Of a stretch of 64,000 bases of DNA, positions 30,788 through 41,875 are shown one piece after another. The stretch comes from an uncultured bacterium (GTDB taxonomy: Bacteria > Bacillota > Clostridia > Peptostreptococcales > Anaerovoracaceae): contig CAJMLH010000005.1 of NCBI GenBank assembly GCA_905214195.1, forward strand, positions 315 through 64,314, read 5' to 3'. Within the stretch, counting starts at the first letter, position 1; each line of letters starts with the position of its first letter. The position numbers were made by a program, and so were the translations under genes. The notes beneath the pieces are model-generated. The model ran no database searches. It had not been told where the DNA came from and saw nothing but the letters and a program-made list of their open reading frames with translations.

Positions 30788-31358
30788 AATCGAAGAATAT
30801 ATAGATAGAAATTTTTCGGAAAAGAGAAAGGTTCATACATATGGTGTAAGAGATACTGCACTTAAACTTGCGGAGAAGTATGGCTGTAATTCGTATAAAA
30901 CCGAAGTTGCGGCTCTTCTTCACGACCTTTACAGAGGAGTAAGCGCAGATGTTCTTAATTACCATGTTAAGCACCTTGAGTTGGATAAAAAATATCTAAA
31001 CAATCCCAATCTTGCACACGGCCCGGTTGCGGCAGTAATGATACAGCGGGATTTTGGAGTTGACGACAGTGAAATAATAGATGCTGTAAGATACCATACT
31101 ACAGGAAGACCTGCAATGACTCTTCTTGATAAAATTATATATATTTCGGATGCTACAGAACCGGGAAGAAATTATCCGGGAGTCGACAATCTTAGAAAAG
31201 TTCTTGAAGAGGATCTTGATGAGGCATGTCTGTTATCATTAAAAAAAACCATAGACTTTGTTGTTTCCGAGGGACATTTCCTTGACCCTATGACAAAAGC
31301 GGCGGGAGATTACTTGGAAAATGAGATAAATAAAAAGGAGAAATCATATGACAAATAA
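30771..31358 (+). CDS. yqeK: bis(5'-nucleosyl)-tetraphosphatase (symmetrical), HD-domain protein YqeK
   Basis: HD motif (ALLHDLYR) in the conserved nadD-yqeK-rsfS order. Confidence 0.85.
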   Translation: MISISKIEEYIDRNFSEKRKVHTYGVRDTALKLAEKYGCNSYKTEVAALLHDLYRGVSADVLNYHVKHLELDKKYLNNPNLAHGPVAAVMIQRDFGVDDSEIIDAVRYHTTGRPAMTLLDKIIYISDATEPGRNYPGVDNLRKVLEEDLDEACLLSLKKTIDFVVSEGHFLDPMTKAAGDYLENEINKKEKSYDK

Positions 31359-31692
31359 GGAATATGCATTACTTGCAAGTAAAGTCCTGTCTGACAAAAA
31401 GGCTGAAGATATCGTAATTATAGATATCGGAGAAAAAGCTTCATTTGCTGATTTTTTCGTTATATGTTCGGGAAATTCAGAAAGACAGATTACAACTTTA
31501 GCCGATGAAGTAGAGGACCGTTTCGCACAGGAAGGACTTTTGGTCAAGTCAATAGAGGGAAGACACGGATCGGGATGGATCCTAATGGATTTTGGAGATA
31601 TTATAGTAAATCTGTTCACAAAGGAAATGAGAGAAAGATACAGCATAGAAAAAGTTTGGGGAGACTGTCAATTTATCGAAGTGGAGGAATAG
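31348..31692 (+). CDS. rsfS: ribosome silencing factor RsfS (Iojap family)
   Basis: 114 aa, with DFFVICSG...[15 protein letters not shown]. Confidence 0.9.
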   Translation: MTNKEYALLASKVLSDKKAEDIVIIDIGEKASFADFFVICSGNSERQITTLADEVEDRFAQEGLLVKSIEGRHGSGWILMDFGDIIVNLFTKEMRERYSIEKVWGDCQFIEVEE

Positions 31693-31700
31693 ACTGGAAA

Positions 31701-34172
31701 ATGAACGAAAAATACAACTTCAAGGAAATTGAAAAAAAGTGGCAGAATTATTGGGAAGAAAATGATTGCTTTCATACGGAAGAAGACGAGTCAAAGAAAA
31801 AATATTACTGTTTGGAAATGTTCCCGTATCCTTCCGGAAAACTGCACATGGGACATGTAAGAAATTACTCTATCGGTGATGTAGTTGCAAGATTTAAGAA
31901 GATGGACGGTTACAATGTCCTTCATCCTATGGGCTGGGATTCTTTTGGTCTTCCTGCTGAGAATGCAGCTATCAAACACGGAATTCACCCTAATATCTGG
32001 ACATGGGACAACATAAAAGAAATGAGAAATCAGCTTAAAGAGCTTGGACTTTCTTACGATTGGAACAGAGAAGTTGCAACATGTCACCCTGATTATTATA
32101 AGTGGATGCAGTGGATATTCATTCAGTTCTATAAGAGAGGGCTTGCGTACAAAAAGGAAAATCCTGTAAACTGGTGTCCGAGCTGCCAGACTGTTTTGGC
32201 AAACGAACAGGTCGTTGACGGTTGCTGCGAAAGATGTAAAACTCCTGTAGGAAAGAAAAACCTTTCTCAGTGGTATCTTAAAATAACCGACTATGCAGAA
32301 AGACTTCTTGATAATTTGGATACTCTTGACGGATGGCCTAACAAAGTAAAGGTAATGCAAAAAAACTGGATAGGCAAATCCGTTGGTGCAGAGGTGGATT
32401 TTAAGATTAAAGACAGTGATGAAACTTTAACGGTATTCACAACAAGAGTAGACACAATTTACGGTACTACTTATATGGTACTTGCACCGGAATATCCAAC
32501 TGTACTTGAAATGGTAAACGGTACAGAATATGAAAAACCGGTAAAGGAATATATAGAAAAAGTTGAGCATATGAACGATATTGAAAGAACTTCAACTTCC
32601 AATGAAAAGACAGGAGTATTTATCGGGAAATATGCTGTAAATCCATTTACCAAAATGGAAATTCCTATCTACATCTCAGACTATGTACTGATGGGATACG
32701 GAACAGGAGCTGTAATGGGTGTTCCTGCACATGACCAGCGAGACTTTGATTTTGCAACGAAATTCGGAATAGATATAGTCCCTGTTGTAGATCCGGGCGA
32801 TCCTTCAATAGACCTAAACAATCTTAAAGAAGCATGTGCTGCCGAGGGAACGCTTATAAACTCAGGCGAGTTTAACGGTCTTAACAACAGAGTTGCTATA
32901 GATAAGTTTATAGACCTTATAGAAAAAGACAACATAGGCAAGAAAACAGTAAATTACAGACTTCGTGACTGGCTTATCTCAAGACAGCGATACTGGGGAA
33001 CTCCTATCCCAATGATTTATTGCGACGATTGCGGATGGGTACCTGAAAAAGAAGAAAATCTGCCTGTAATGCTTCCTACAGATATAGAATTTACAGGAAA
33101 GGGTGAATCTCCGCTTACCACCTCAAAGACATTTGCCGATGTAAAATGCCCTGTATGCGGAAAACCGGCAAGAAGAGAAATGGATACCATGGATACATTC
33201 CTTGATTCTTCATGGTACTTCCTCAGATATTGCGACCCTAAAAATGATAAGGCGCCGTTTGATCCAAAAAAAGCAGCATATTGGATGAATGTAGACCAAT
33301 ATATAGGCGGTGTTGAACATGCTATACTTCACCTTATGTATGCAAGATTCTTCCAAATGGCTTTCTATGACATGGGACTGGTAGAGGACGAGGAACCTTT
33401 CCGTAATCTTCTTACCCAGGGCATGGTAAATAAAGACGGCAAAAAAATGAGCAAATCCATAGGAAATGTAGTAAGCCCTGAAGAAATAATATCCAAATAC
33501 GGTGCAGATACTGCAAGATTGTTTATATTATTTGCAGCTCCGCCTGACAGAGAACTTGATTGGTCAGATAAGGGAGTAGCAGGATGTTACAGATTCCTTA
33601 ACAGAGTGTACCGCATGGTATATGAAATAAAAGCCAAATATCCGGATGTTCCGCAAGCTTTTGAAATAAAAACAGCAGCGGACAAATCATTGAATTATTC
33701 ACTTAACTACACAATTAAGAAAGTAAGTGAAGATGTAGGCGGCCGATTCAACTTTAATACTGCAATCAGCTCTCTTATGGAACTTGTAAACGAAATGTAC
33801 AAATACAAAGAACTTGATGATGTAAATATAGGGTTGCTCGGAAAAGCAACAAAAGATCTGATTTTGATGCTCTCACCATTCGTTCCTCATATATGCGAGG
33901 AAATGTGGGAACATATAGGTCAGAAAGAATCTGTTACTACTATGCGTTGGCCGGAATATGATAAAGACGCTCTCATCAAAGACGATGTGGAAATAATAGT
34001 GCAGATAAACGGAAAAGTAAAAGAAAAGCTTACGGTTGCAGCAACAGCCGACAAGCAGGAATTAGAAAAGATAGCTTTGGAGAATGAAAAAATCAAACTC
34101 TTACTGGACGGAAAATCAGTCGTAAAGGTTGTAGCTGTACCGGGCAGACTGATAAATATAGTAGTAAAATAA
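31701..34172 (+). CDS. leuS: leucine--tRNA ligase
   Basis: [18 protein letters not shown]... with HMGH and KMSKS motifs. The ORF-track start at 31575 lies inside rsfS, so the real start is ATG 31701. Confidence 0.95.
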   Translation: MNEKYNFKEIEKKWQNYWEENDCFHTEEDESKKKYYCLEMFPYPSGKLHMGHVRNYSIGDVVARFKKMDGYNVLHPMGWDSFGLPAENAAIKHGIHPNIWTWDNIKEMRNQLKELGLSYDWNREVATCHPDYYKWMQWIFIQFYKRGLAYKKENPVNWCPSCQTVLANEQVVDGCCERCKTPVGKKNLSQWYLKITDYAERLLDNLDTLDGWPNKVKVMQKNWIGKSVGAEVDFKIKDSDETLTVFTTRVDTIYGTTYMVLAPEYPTVLEMVNGTEYEKPVKEYIEKVEHMNDIERTSTSNEKTGVFIGKYAVNPFTKMEIPIYISDYVLMGYGTGAVMGVPAHDQRDFDFATKFGIDIVPVVDPGDPSIDLNNLKEACAAEGTLINSGEFNGLNNRVAIDKFIDLIEKDNIGKKTVNYRLRDWLISRQRYWGTPIPMIYCDDCGWVPEKEENLPVMLPTDIEFTGKGESPLTTSKTFADVKCPVCGKPARREMDTMDTFLDSSWYFLRYCDPKNDKAPFDPKKAAYWMNVDQYIGGVEHAILHLMYARFFQMAFYDMGLVEDEEPFRNLLTQGMVNKDGKKMSKSIGNVVSPEEIISKYGADTARLFILFAAPPDRELDWSDKGVAGCYRFLNRVYRMVYEIKAKYPDVPQAFEIKTAADKSLNYSLNYTIKKVSEDVGGRFNFNTAISSLMELVNEMYKYKELDDVNIGLLGKATKDLILMLSPFVPHICEEMWEHIGQKESVTTMRWPEYDKDALIKDDVEIIVQINGKVKEKLTVAATADKQELEKIALENEKIKLLLDGKSVVKVVAVPGRLINIVVK

Positions 34173-34240
34173 CTTAACAACAGAATATTTACCAACAGTT
34201 GTCTTTTCATAAATTAAGAATAAAAAGGACGGAAAATTTT

Positions 34241-35926
34241 ATGAGAAGAAAAATAACTAAACCGAGAAAATCAATGCCGCATTTAAAGGTTATCCCCATA
34301 GGTGGACTGAACGAAATCGGAAAAAACATGACGGTACTTGAATGTAACGATCAGATATTGATAATCGATTGCGGACTTAGCTTCCCGGAAGACGAGATGT
34401 ATGGTATAGATATCGTAATCCCCGATTTTTCTTATCTGATAGAAAATCAAAGTAAAATAGTGGGAATGATAATAACGCACGGACATGAAGATCATATCGG
34501 AGCTATACCTTATCTTCTTAAAAAAGTCAAACTTCCAATTTACGGAACAAGACTCACTTTAGGGCTTGTTGAAAACAAACTCAAAGAACATAAAATAATC
34601 GGCGATTTGAGGACAATAGATGCAGGCGACAAAGTTAAAATGGGATGCTTTAATATTGAAACGATAAGGACCACCCATTCTATTGCAGACGCTATCTGTC
34701 TTGCCATAGATACGCCGGCAGGTATGGTGTTTCACTCGGGAGACTTTAAGATAGACTATACACCTATAGACGGAGAGCCTATAGATTTTTGCAGACTGGC
34801 AGAAATCGGTAAAAAAGGAGTTACTCTAATGCTGTGCGACAGCACAAATGCTCTTAGACCGGGATTTACAGCCTCTGAAAGAGTAGTCGGTGAAACAATA
34901 GAAAATATATTCAGAACGGCTGAAACGAGAATTATTATAGCCACTTTCTCATCTAATGTACACAGAGTTCAAAAAATAATCGAAAATGCTGTAAAGATGG
35001 GACGAAAGGTAGCTATATCCGGAAGAAGCATGGAAAATGTGGTAGCTCTTGCAATAGAACTTGGTTATCTTAATATACCTCCGGGAACTATCGTAGACCT
35101 TAAGATGATAAAAAATATTCCTGACGATAAATTAGTAATCATAACTACAGGAAGTCAGGGAGAACCTATGTCTGCATTGTCAAGAATAGCATCAGGCGAA
35201 CATCGCTCTGTAAAGCTAAAAAAAGGCGATATGGTTGTGCTTTCATCAACTCCTGTTCCCGGCAATGAAAAAACCGTTTCAAATGTAGTAAACAAGCTCT
35301 TTGAAAAAGGTGCCAATGTAATATATTCCGATATAGCGGATATTCATGTTTCCGGTCATGCATGCCAGGAAGAACTCAAACTTCTTCATTCACTGATAAA
35401 GCCTAAGTTTTTCATGCCGGTACATGGTGAATACAGGCATTTAATACGGCACGGTCAGTTGGCAGAAGGCTTGGGCATGAAAAAAGAGAATGTATTTATT
35501 CTTGATAACGGCGACATTTTAGATGTTACCAAGCGTAGCGCCCATATAGCCAAGGAAAAAATAGAAGCCGACGCAATCCTTGTAGACGGACTGGGTGTGG
35601 GAGATGTCGGAAATATAGTCTTAAGAGACAGGAAAATGCTTTCCGAATCAGGGCTTATAATTGTGGTAGCTGCTATAGAAAAGGAAAGTCATATGGTGGT
35701 GTCAGGACCTGACATAATTTCAAGGGGATTCGTATATGTAAGAGAAAACGAGACGCTTATGGACGAGGCGAGAAAAGTTGCAGAAGCTGCCCTTGAAAAA
35801 TGTCAGAACAAAAATATAAGGGATTGGAACAATATGAAATCGCAGGTTAGGGATTCCCTTGGCGCTTATATTTACGAAAAAACTAAGCGTTCCCCTATAA
35901 TCCTGCCTATATTCTTGGAGGTTTAA
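34241..35926 (+). CDS. rnj: ribonuclease J
   Basis: Beta-lactamase/beta-CASP fold (ITHGHEDHIGAIPYL). The start was chosen at the ATG rather than the upstream TTG used by the ORF track. Confidence 0.9.
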   Translation: MRRKITKPRKSMPHLKVIPIGGLNEIGKNMTVLECNDQILIIDCGLSFPEDEMYGIDIVIPDFSYLIENQSKIVGMIITHGHEDHIGAIPYLLKKVKLPIYGTRLTLGLVENKLKEHKIIGDLRTIDAGDKVKMGCFNIETIRTTHSIADAICLAIDTPAGMVFHSGDFKIDYTPIDGEPIDFCRLAEIGKKGVTLMLCDSTNALRPGFTASERVVGETIENIFRTAETRIIIATFSSNVHRVQKIIENAVKMGRKVAISGRSMENVVALAIELGYLNIPPGTIVDLKMIKNIPDDKLVIITTGSQGEPMSALSRIASGEHRSVKLKKGDMVVLSSTPVPGNEKTVSNVVNKLFEKGANVIYSDIADIHVSGHACQEELKLLHSLIKPKFFMPVHGEYRHLIRHGQLAEGLGMKKENVFILDNGDILDVTKRSAHIAKEKIEADAILVDGLGVGDVGNIVLRDRKMLSESGLIIVVAAIEKESHMVVSGPDIISRGFVYVRENETLMDEARKVAEAALEKCQNKNIRDWNNMKSQVRDSLGAYIYEKTKRSPIILPIFLEV

Positions 35927-35927
35927 T

Positions 35928-36269
35928 ATGAATGTATATGATCAGGCTCATGGACTGGCTCAGGCAATAAAAGCGTCAGAAGAATACAAACAGTATGACA
36001 TGGTGAGACAGCAAGTAAAAGCCAATGATGAACTTAATGCAATGATAAAGGATTTTCAGGCAAAGCAGTTTGAAATGCAGGCCAAACAAATGACAGGTCA
36101 GCAGATGACTCAAGAAGATGTCGAAAGTGTACAGCAACTCTACGGAATTATGCTTAAAGACCCTTTAACAGCTCATTATATTGAAGCGGAAATGCGTTTT
36201 TCTCTGATGATGAAAGATGTATACGAGATCCTCGGAGAAGCTACGGGAATGGGTGATATCCTTGGATAA
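35928..36269 (+). CDS. YlbF/YmcA-family regulatory protein (UPF0342)
   Basis: 113 aa, helical and Gln-rich, with a YlbF-like N-terminus (GLAQAIKASEEYKQY). Confidence 0.65.
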   Translation: MNVYDQAHGLAQAIKASEEYKQYDMVRQQVKANDELNAMIKDFQAKQFEMQAKQMTGQQMTQEDVESVQQLYGIMLKDPLTAHYIEAEMRFSLMMKDVYEILGEATGMGDILG

Positions 36270-36957
36270 TACAATAAAAACACCTGAAGAGCTTCTTTTG
36301 ATAATGAAAGCGGAGGCTATGGGCGATGCGGCATTTGAACATATGCTTGACTTCATCAAACCGGGGATGACAGAAATTCAAGTGGCTGATGAAATAGAAC
36401 GAGTTTTGAGAGCAATGGGTGCAGAGGGTCTTTCATTTGATACTATTGCCGTATCGGGAGTAAATTCCAACCAGCCTCACGGAGTACCTTCCGAAAAAAA
36501 ATTAAAGGAAGGTGAATTCCTTACAATGGATCTTGGTGCAGTGTACAAAGGATACTGCGGTGATATGACAAGAACTGTAGCAATAGGATATGCTACCGAC
36601 GAAATGAAAAACATCTACGATATTGTTCTTAAAGCCCAGTTAGCAGGACTGGCGGCAGTAAAGGCCGGAGTTTTATGCAGAGATGTTGACAATGCCTCAA
36701 GAAGCATAATCGAAGAAGCAGGTTACGGAGAGTTTTATATTCACGGTACAGGTCACGGAGTAGGTGTTTTGGTACATGAACCGCCTACATTAAACGGCAG
36801 AAGCGATGAAATTTTACAAGAAAACCAAGCTGTTACAGTAGAACCGGGCATATATCTTCCGGAAAAATTCGGTGTTCGCATAGAGGACTTGGCAATCGTA
36901 ACGAATTTTGGTATAATAAACTGTACTAAGTCAAAAAAAGACTTAATCATAATCTGA
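36217..36957 (+). CDS. M24-family (Xaa-Pro) peptidase, catalytic pita-bread domain only
   Basis: Contains HGTGHGVG metal ligands and sits immediately upstream of efp, as yqhT/papA does in Bacillus. The start is uncertain because this ORF overlaps ylbF by 52 nt. Confidence 0.7.
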   Translation: MYTRSSEKLREWVISLDNTIKTPEELLLIMKAEAMGDAAFEHMLDFIKPGMTEIQVADEIERVLRAMGAEGLSFDTIAVSGVNSNQPHGVPSEKKLKEGEFLTMDLGAVYKGYCGDMTRTVAIGYATDEMKNIYDIVLKAQLAGLAAVKAGVLCRDVDNASRSIIEEAGYGEFYIHGTGHGVGVLVHEPPTLNGRSDEILQENQAVTVEPGIYLPEKFGVRIEDLAIVTNFGIINCTKSKKDLIII

Positions 36958-36996
36958 TAATAATAAAAGCTATTTTGTTAAGAATGGAGAGATAGG

Positions 36997-37557
36997 ATGA
37001 TTTACGCAAGCGATTTTAGAAAAGGTATTACTTTTGAAATTAACGGAGAACCTCATGTAGTTTTGGATTTCCAACATGTTAAGCCCGGTAAAGGCGCTGC
37101 TTTTGTAAGAACAAAATACAGAAATATACTTACAGGGGCAACAAGAGAAGAAGCATTCAACCCTGATGACAAATTCCCTAAAGCTCACATAGATACAAAG
37201 GTTATGCAGTATCTTTACAATGACGGAGAGCTTTATTACTTCATGGATCAGGAAACTTATGAACAAGTACCTTTGATGTATGAGCAAGTTGAAGATGCAA
37301 TGAGATTCTTAAGAGAAAACGATGAAGCAACAATTAAATTCTATAAAGGAAACGCTTTCCTTGTAGAAGCACCTAACTTTGTAGACCTTAAAGTAATAGA
37401 AACAGAGCCGGGAGTTAAAGGAAACACCGCAACGAATGTTACAAAGGCTGCCACAGTTGAAACAGGTGCCGTGATTCAGGTTCCTATCTTTATTGAAGAA
37501 GGTGAAGTTATTCAGATTGATACAAGAACCGGAGAATATCTCGGCCGTTCCAAATAA
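36997..37557 (+). CDS. efp: elongation factor P
   Basis: 186 aa with the [12 protein letters not shown] loop. Confidence 0.95.
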   Translation: MIYASDFRKGITFEINGEPHVVLDFQHVKPGKGAAFVRTKYRNILTGATREEAFNPDDKFPKAHIDTKVMQYLYNDGELYYFMDQETYEQVPLMYEQVEDAMRFLRENDEATIKFYKGNAFLVEAPNFVDLKVIETEPGVKGNTATNVTKAATVETGAVIQVPIFIEEGEVIQIDTRTGEYLGRSK

Positions 37558-37636
37558 GAATATCATATGACAAGCGGGGCGATTCTTCGTCCCGCATTCG
37601 TTGATTTTAACCTAAGCATAAACGACGAGGTAACAG

Positions 37637-38707
37637 ATGATAAATTCGGAATTCATAAAAAACAACAAAAAAGCTGCAATAGCAATCATAGCAGCAGCAA
37701 TTGCAATACTTATTCTTGCAGTGGGATTTACTGCATACAGCAGTGGCCTTGGTCCTGCAGATAAGACGGATGATGAGCCTATCACGGTAAATATTCCGCA
37801 AGGAAGCGGAGCCATGAATATAATAGATATTCTCGATGAAAACGGATTGATTAAAAATCTTACCATGGCTAAAATACATATGAAAATAGGCGGATATGAT
37901 TCCCTGCAGGCCAACACATACATATTTTCCAAAGATATGGGGCTGAAAGAAATCTTAAAGGCCATAGATACAGGGGATTTCAACTACCTTTCCAAAAACC
38001 AGTTTACGCTGGTAGAGGGTTCTACGCTGCCTCAGTATGCTGCTGCCATCGCAGAGAAACTTCCGTTTACTGAAGAAGAGATACTATCTGTATGGAACGA
38101 CAAGACTTATCTAAGCAATTTGATTGATAAATACTGGTTTTTAACTGACGAAATACTTCAAAACGGAATAATGTATCCTCTTGAAGGTTATCTTTACCCC
38201 GAAACATATATCATCACTGATGAAAATGCAACAATAGAAGAGATTACAGATATAATACTTACCATGACTGATTCCAAACTTTCAGAAAGAAGGAAAGACA
38301 TAGAAAAAAGCGGGAGAACTGTTCACGAATTTTTATCTCTTACCTCTGTAGTTGAAACGGAATCTCTGTTTAAAAAAGACAGACCGATAATTGCCGGAGT
38401 ATTTATAAACAGATTAAACGAGGATATGCCGCTGCAAAGTGATATTACTGTGCTTTACGCTCTTCAAGAAAAAAGAGTAGATGTCACTTATAAAGATATC
38501 GAGGTAGAATCCAAGTACAACACTTACAAATACACCGGTCTGCCGGTAGGTCCTGTATGTTCGCCTTCTGCACCGGCGATGGATGATGTGCTTAATTACG
38601 AAAAGTCCGACTATCTGTTTTTCTTTGCCAAAGAGGACGGAGAAGTAATATACTCCAAAACTTTTGAAGAACATCAGAAAGCCGTCGATGAAAACATGTG
38701 GTACTGA
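37637..38707 (+). CDS. mltG: endolytic murein transglycosylase MltG (YceG-like)
   Basis: N-terminal TM anchor plus a YceG domain, in the conserved mltG-O-methyltransferase-U32 order. Confidence 0.9.
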   Translation: MINSEFIKNNKKAAIAIIAAAIAILILAVGFTAYSSGLGPADKTDDEPITVNIPQGSGAMNIIDILDENGLIKNLTMAKIHMKIGGYDSLQANTYIFSKDMGLKEILKAIDTGDFNYLSKNQFTLVEGSTLPQYAAAIAEKLPFTEEEILSVWNDKTYLSNLIDKYWFLTDEILQNGIMYPLEGYLYPETYIITDENATIEEITDIILTMTDSKLSERRKDIEKSGRTVHEFLSLTSVVETESLFKKDRPIIAGVFINRLNEDMPLQSDITVLYALQEKRVDVTYKDIEVESKYNTYKYTGLPVGPVCSPSAPAMDDVLNYEKSDYLFFFAKEDGEVIYSKTFEEHQKAVDENMWY

Positions 38708-38708
38708 T

Positions 38709-39356
38709 ATGAATATTACAAATGACAGCGTTACTCAATATATAAACGGATTTTATACACCTCTTGACGACAGCCTTTCAGAACTGAGAGCCAAAGCAGA
38801 GGATGCGCATGTTCCTATTATTCTTAAAGAAACCGAAAGTTTTTTGGGATTTATTATCAGGCTTTTACAGCCGGCAAAAATCCTTGAAATAGGTACTGCT
38901 GTAGGGTATTCTTCATCGTTTTTCGCTAAACTTGGTGCAGATGTCATATCTGTAGAAAAAGATGAAACTGTTGCCAGGCAAGCAAAGTTCAACATAGAAT
39001 CCCTTGGTCTTTCAGGCAAAATACAGATATTTACCGGTGACGGTGAAGAAGTGATAAAAAGTTTATCAAAAGATTTATGTGATTTCGACATGGTATTTAT
39101 AGATGCGGCTAAAAGTCACTATAAGAGATTTCTTGACGCATCGCTTCCTCTCTGCAAAGACGGAGCCGTCATAATATCCGATAATGTTCTTTTAAAGGCT
39201 GCAACAGCCTCAGATGAATTCGACCCTAACGGCCGATTCAAAACAAATATAAAAAAAATGCGCCAATATCTCAATTATATTTCAGAACATCCCGATTTGG
39301 ATACTGTAGTTCTGTCATGTGGAGACGGATTGGCGCTGAGCAGGTACAGAAAATGA
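38709..39356 (+). CDS. class I SAM-dependent O-methyltransferase (YrrM-like)
   Basis: Contains the LEIGTAVGYS SAM-binding motif. Confidence 0.8.
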   Translation: MNITNDSVTQYINGFYTPLDDSLSELRAKAEDAHVPIILKETESFLGFIIRLLQPAKILEIGTAVGYSSSFFAKLGADVISVEKDETVARQAKFNIESLGLSGKIQIFTGDGEEVIKSLSKDLCDFDMVFIDAAKSHYKRFLDASLPLCKDGAVIISDNVLLKAATASDEFDPNGRFKTNIKKMRQYLNYISEHPDLDTVVLSCGDGLALSRYRK

Positions 39357-40585
39357 TAAAACCCGAATTATTAGCCCCGGCAGGGGATTTGGAAAAACTA
39401 AAAATTGCCGTAATGTACGGAGCAGATGCCGTATATTTCGGCGGAGAAAGCTTTTCGCTCCGTGCAGGAGCCGGAAACTTCACGCTTGAAGAGATGAAAG
39501 AGGGCATAGCCTTTGCCCACGAGCACAATGTCAAATGTCATATGACTTTGAATATTTTTGCACATAATGAAGATATTGGTCCGTTTACGGAATATCTCAA
39601 AAGTGTAAAAGATATAGGTATAGACGCATTTATTGCAGCAGACCCGGGAGTCATATCCATGATACAGGAAATAATCCCCGATGCAGAAATTCACTTAAGT
39701 ACGCAGGCGAATATGACAAACTACAGAACTGCAAAATTCTGGTACGATCAAGGAATTCGCCGTCTTGTTCTTGCAAGAGAACTGACTCTTGATGAAATAA
39801 AAGAAGTGAGAAACAACATTCCAAAAGATATGGAAGTAGAGACATTTGTACACGGCGCTATGTGTATCTCATATTCAGGAAGATGTCTTTTAAGCAACTT
39901 TATGATAGAACGAGATGCAAACAGAGGAATGTGCGCCCACCCTTGCAGGTGGAAGTATGCCTTAGTTGAGCAAAAACGCCCGGGAGAATATTTCCCTGTT
40001 GAAGAAGATGACAGAGGCACATATATAATGAATTCAAAAGATTTATGTATGCTCAGGCATATTCCCGAGCTTATAGACGCAGGTATATCCTCTTTCAAAA
40101 TAGAGGGCAGAATGAAGAGCGTATTTTATGTTGCTTCGGTAGTATCGGCTTACAGAAAAGCCATCGACGCTTATTGCAGCGACCCGGCTTCTTATGAATT
40201 TAACCCCCAGTGGTTTGAAGACATGTGCAAGGCAAGTCACCGTGAATTTACGACGGGATTTTATTTCCATAAACCGGACAATCTTGATCAAAATTACAGA
40301 ACCAGCGAGTATACAAGAGACTATTCCTTTGTCGGAATGGTCAAAAGCTATGACTCCGAAACAGGATATGCCATAGTTGAACAGAGAAACAAAATGGTTA
40401 TCGGAGATAAAATCGAAATCTTCGGTCCGGGCATCGATTCCTTTGAACAGGATCTTAGAGAAATGTATGATGAAGAGGGAAACCCGATAGAGTCAGCGCC
40501 TCATCCGCAACAAATACTTAAAATAAAGGTGGATAAGCCCGTAAAACCATTCTTTATGTTCAGAAAGAGAAAGGAAACAAAATAA
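39353..40585 (+). CDS. peptidase U32 family protein (YrrN/YrrO-like)
   Basis: U32 signature region (E..KIEGR, Cys-rich C-terminus). Its ATG overlaps the upstream stop codon (ATGA). Confidence 0.85.
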   Translation: MIKPELLAPAGDLEKLKIAVMYGADAVYFGGESFSLRAGAGNFTLEEMKEGIAFAHEHNVKCHMTLNIFAHNEDIGPFTEYLKSVKDIGIDAFIAADPGVISMIQEIIPDAEIHLSTQANMTNYRTAKFWYDQGIRRLVLARELTLDEIKEVRNNIPKDMEVETFVHGAMCISYSGRCLLSNFMIERDANRGMCAHPCRWKYALVEQKRPGEYFPVEEDDRGTYIMNSKDLCMLRHIPELIDAGISSFKIEGRMKSVFYVASVVSAYRKAIDAYCSDPASYEFNPQWFEDMCKASHREFTTGFYFHKPDNLDQNYRTSEYTRDYSFVGMVKSYDSETGYAIVEQRNKMVIGDKIEIFGPGIDSFEQDLREMYDEEGNPIESAPHPQQILKIKVDKPVKPFFMFRKRKETK

Positions 40586-40586
40586 T

Positions 40587-41780
40587 ATGTTAACAGAGCC
40601 CGATAGTTTACCTGTGCGATTATGTATAATAATAATTTTTATAGCAATACACGGATTTTTTACAGCAGTAAATACAGCTATGATTTCATCAAGCCGTATT
40701 ATAGAAAAAGATCAGGCTGCAATAAGACTAATACAGGTTGTTTCATGTATAGCCGGAGCATGGTTGTCCTTATATGATTGGAAAATCGCTGTAATGTATG
40801 TAATCTTTTTCACGATATTCGCTCAGTATTTTCCTCACAAAATAGGACTTCAGCACGATGAGGGTATAACAAATAAACTCTCCGGATTTATTGAAACATT
40901 ATCAACGATATTGAGGCCGATTACTGCAATACTTATGCTTATCGCGAATGCTTTTTTGAAACTGTTTAAGCAAAAGACCCATGTAGAAGATGAGGCCTTT
41001 TCAGAAGAAGATGTTATGTCAATGCTTAAGGTGGGTCGTGAATCCGGAGTGCTTAAAGAAGAGGGCACCAAGATGATAAATTCAATCTTTGCCTTTGATG
41101 ATAAGCTGGCATACGAAATAATGACGCCGAGAACAGATGTATTTCTGATAGATATAGAAGATTCACCGGAAGAATATCTTGACGAACTGATGAAACTCCG
41201 ATATTCCAGAATACCTGTGTGCAAAGGCGACAGCGATAACATAATAGGAATACTGCATATAAAAGACTATTTGATAAAGGCTCGTGAGACAAGTTTTGAA
41301 AATGTGGATATAGAGGGGATCCTCAGAAAGGCTTACTTTGTTCCCGATACTAAGAATATAGATTCACTTTTCTTTGAATTGCAGATGTCAAAACAGCAAA
41401 TAGCCGTACTCATAGACGAATACGGCGGATTCAGCGGTATAGTTACCATGGAAGACATAATAGAACAGGTCATGGGTGATATAGACGACGAATATGATGA
41501 AGAAGAGGAAATCATAGATAAGATTGACGATAACACTTATCTGGTAGACGGTGATGTGGATTTAGATGACCTTGATGAAGAAATAGGTATAGATTTAAAA
41601 TCAGATACCAGTGAAACAATCGGTGGATTTTTGATTGATATTTTGGGAGAAATTCCTGACGAAAGAGATATGGGCAGAATAATTGAATTTGAAGATTACA
41701 AGTTCAAGATAATGTCCGTCAAAGAAAGAAGAATAGAGCGTGTTAAAATCTATATGCTTGATAAAAAAAAGATTAATTGA
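40587..41780 (+). CDS. hemolysin/CNNM family protein (DUF21 membrane domain + CBS pair + CorC_HlyC)
   Basis: 397 aa with a 4-TM N-terminus followed by a CBS pair and a CorC C-terminal domain. Confidence 0.85.
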   Translation: MLTEPDSLPVRLCIIIIFIAIHGFFTAVNTAMISSSRIIEKDQAAIRLIQVVSCIAGAWLSLYDWKIAVMYVIFFTIFAQYFPHKIGLQHDEGITNKLSGFIETLSTILRPITAILMLIANAFLKLFKQKTHVEDEAFSEEDVMSMLKVGRESGVLKEEGTKMINSIFAFDDKLAYEIMTPRTDVFLIDIEDSPEEYLDELMKLRYSRIPVCKGDSDNIIGILHIKDYLIKARETSFENVDIEGILRKAYFVPDTKNIDSLFFELQMSKQQIAVLIDEYGGFSGIVTMEDIIEQVMGDIDDEYDEEEEIIDKIDDNTYLVDGDVDLDDLDEEIGIDLKSDTSETIGGFLIDILGEIPDERDMGRIIEFEDYKFKIMSVKERRIERVKIYMLDKKKIN

Positions 41781-41875
41781 TTTTCAATGCCCTGTTTGAT
41801 AAAATTATACTAATGTACTTGAGTGTCCTTACATAGGACAAAATGGATGTATTTTATTTTTTGAGAGGTACTAAT

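Noticed and set aside
31575-31700. Upstream extension of the leuS ORF
   Set aside because: It lies inside rsfS in another frame. The conserved LeuRS N-terminus begins at ATG 31701.
34199-34240. TTG-initiated extension of the RNase J ORF
   Set aside because: ATG 34241 has the RBS, and RNase J homologs begin near the conserved ...KVIPIGG segment. The TTG extension is unnecessary.
37567-37636. Possible terminator after efp (cggggcga...tcgtcccg)
   Set aside because: The stem is imperfect and the following T-tract is weak. mltG begins 80 nt downstream with its own RBS. There is insufficient support to call it a terminator.
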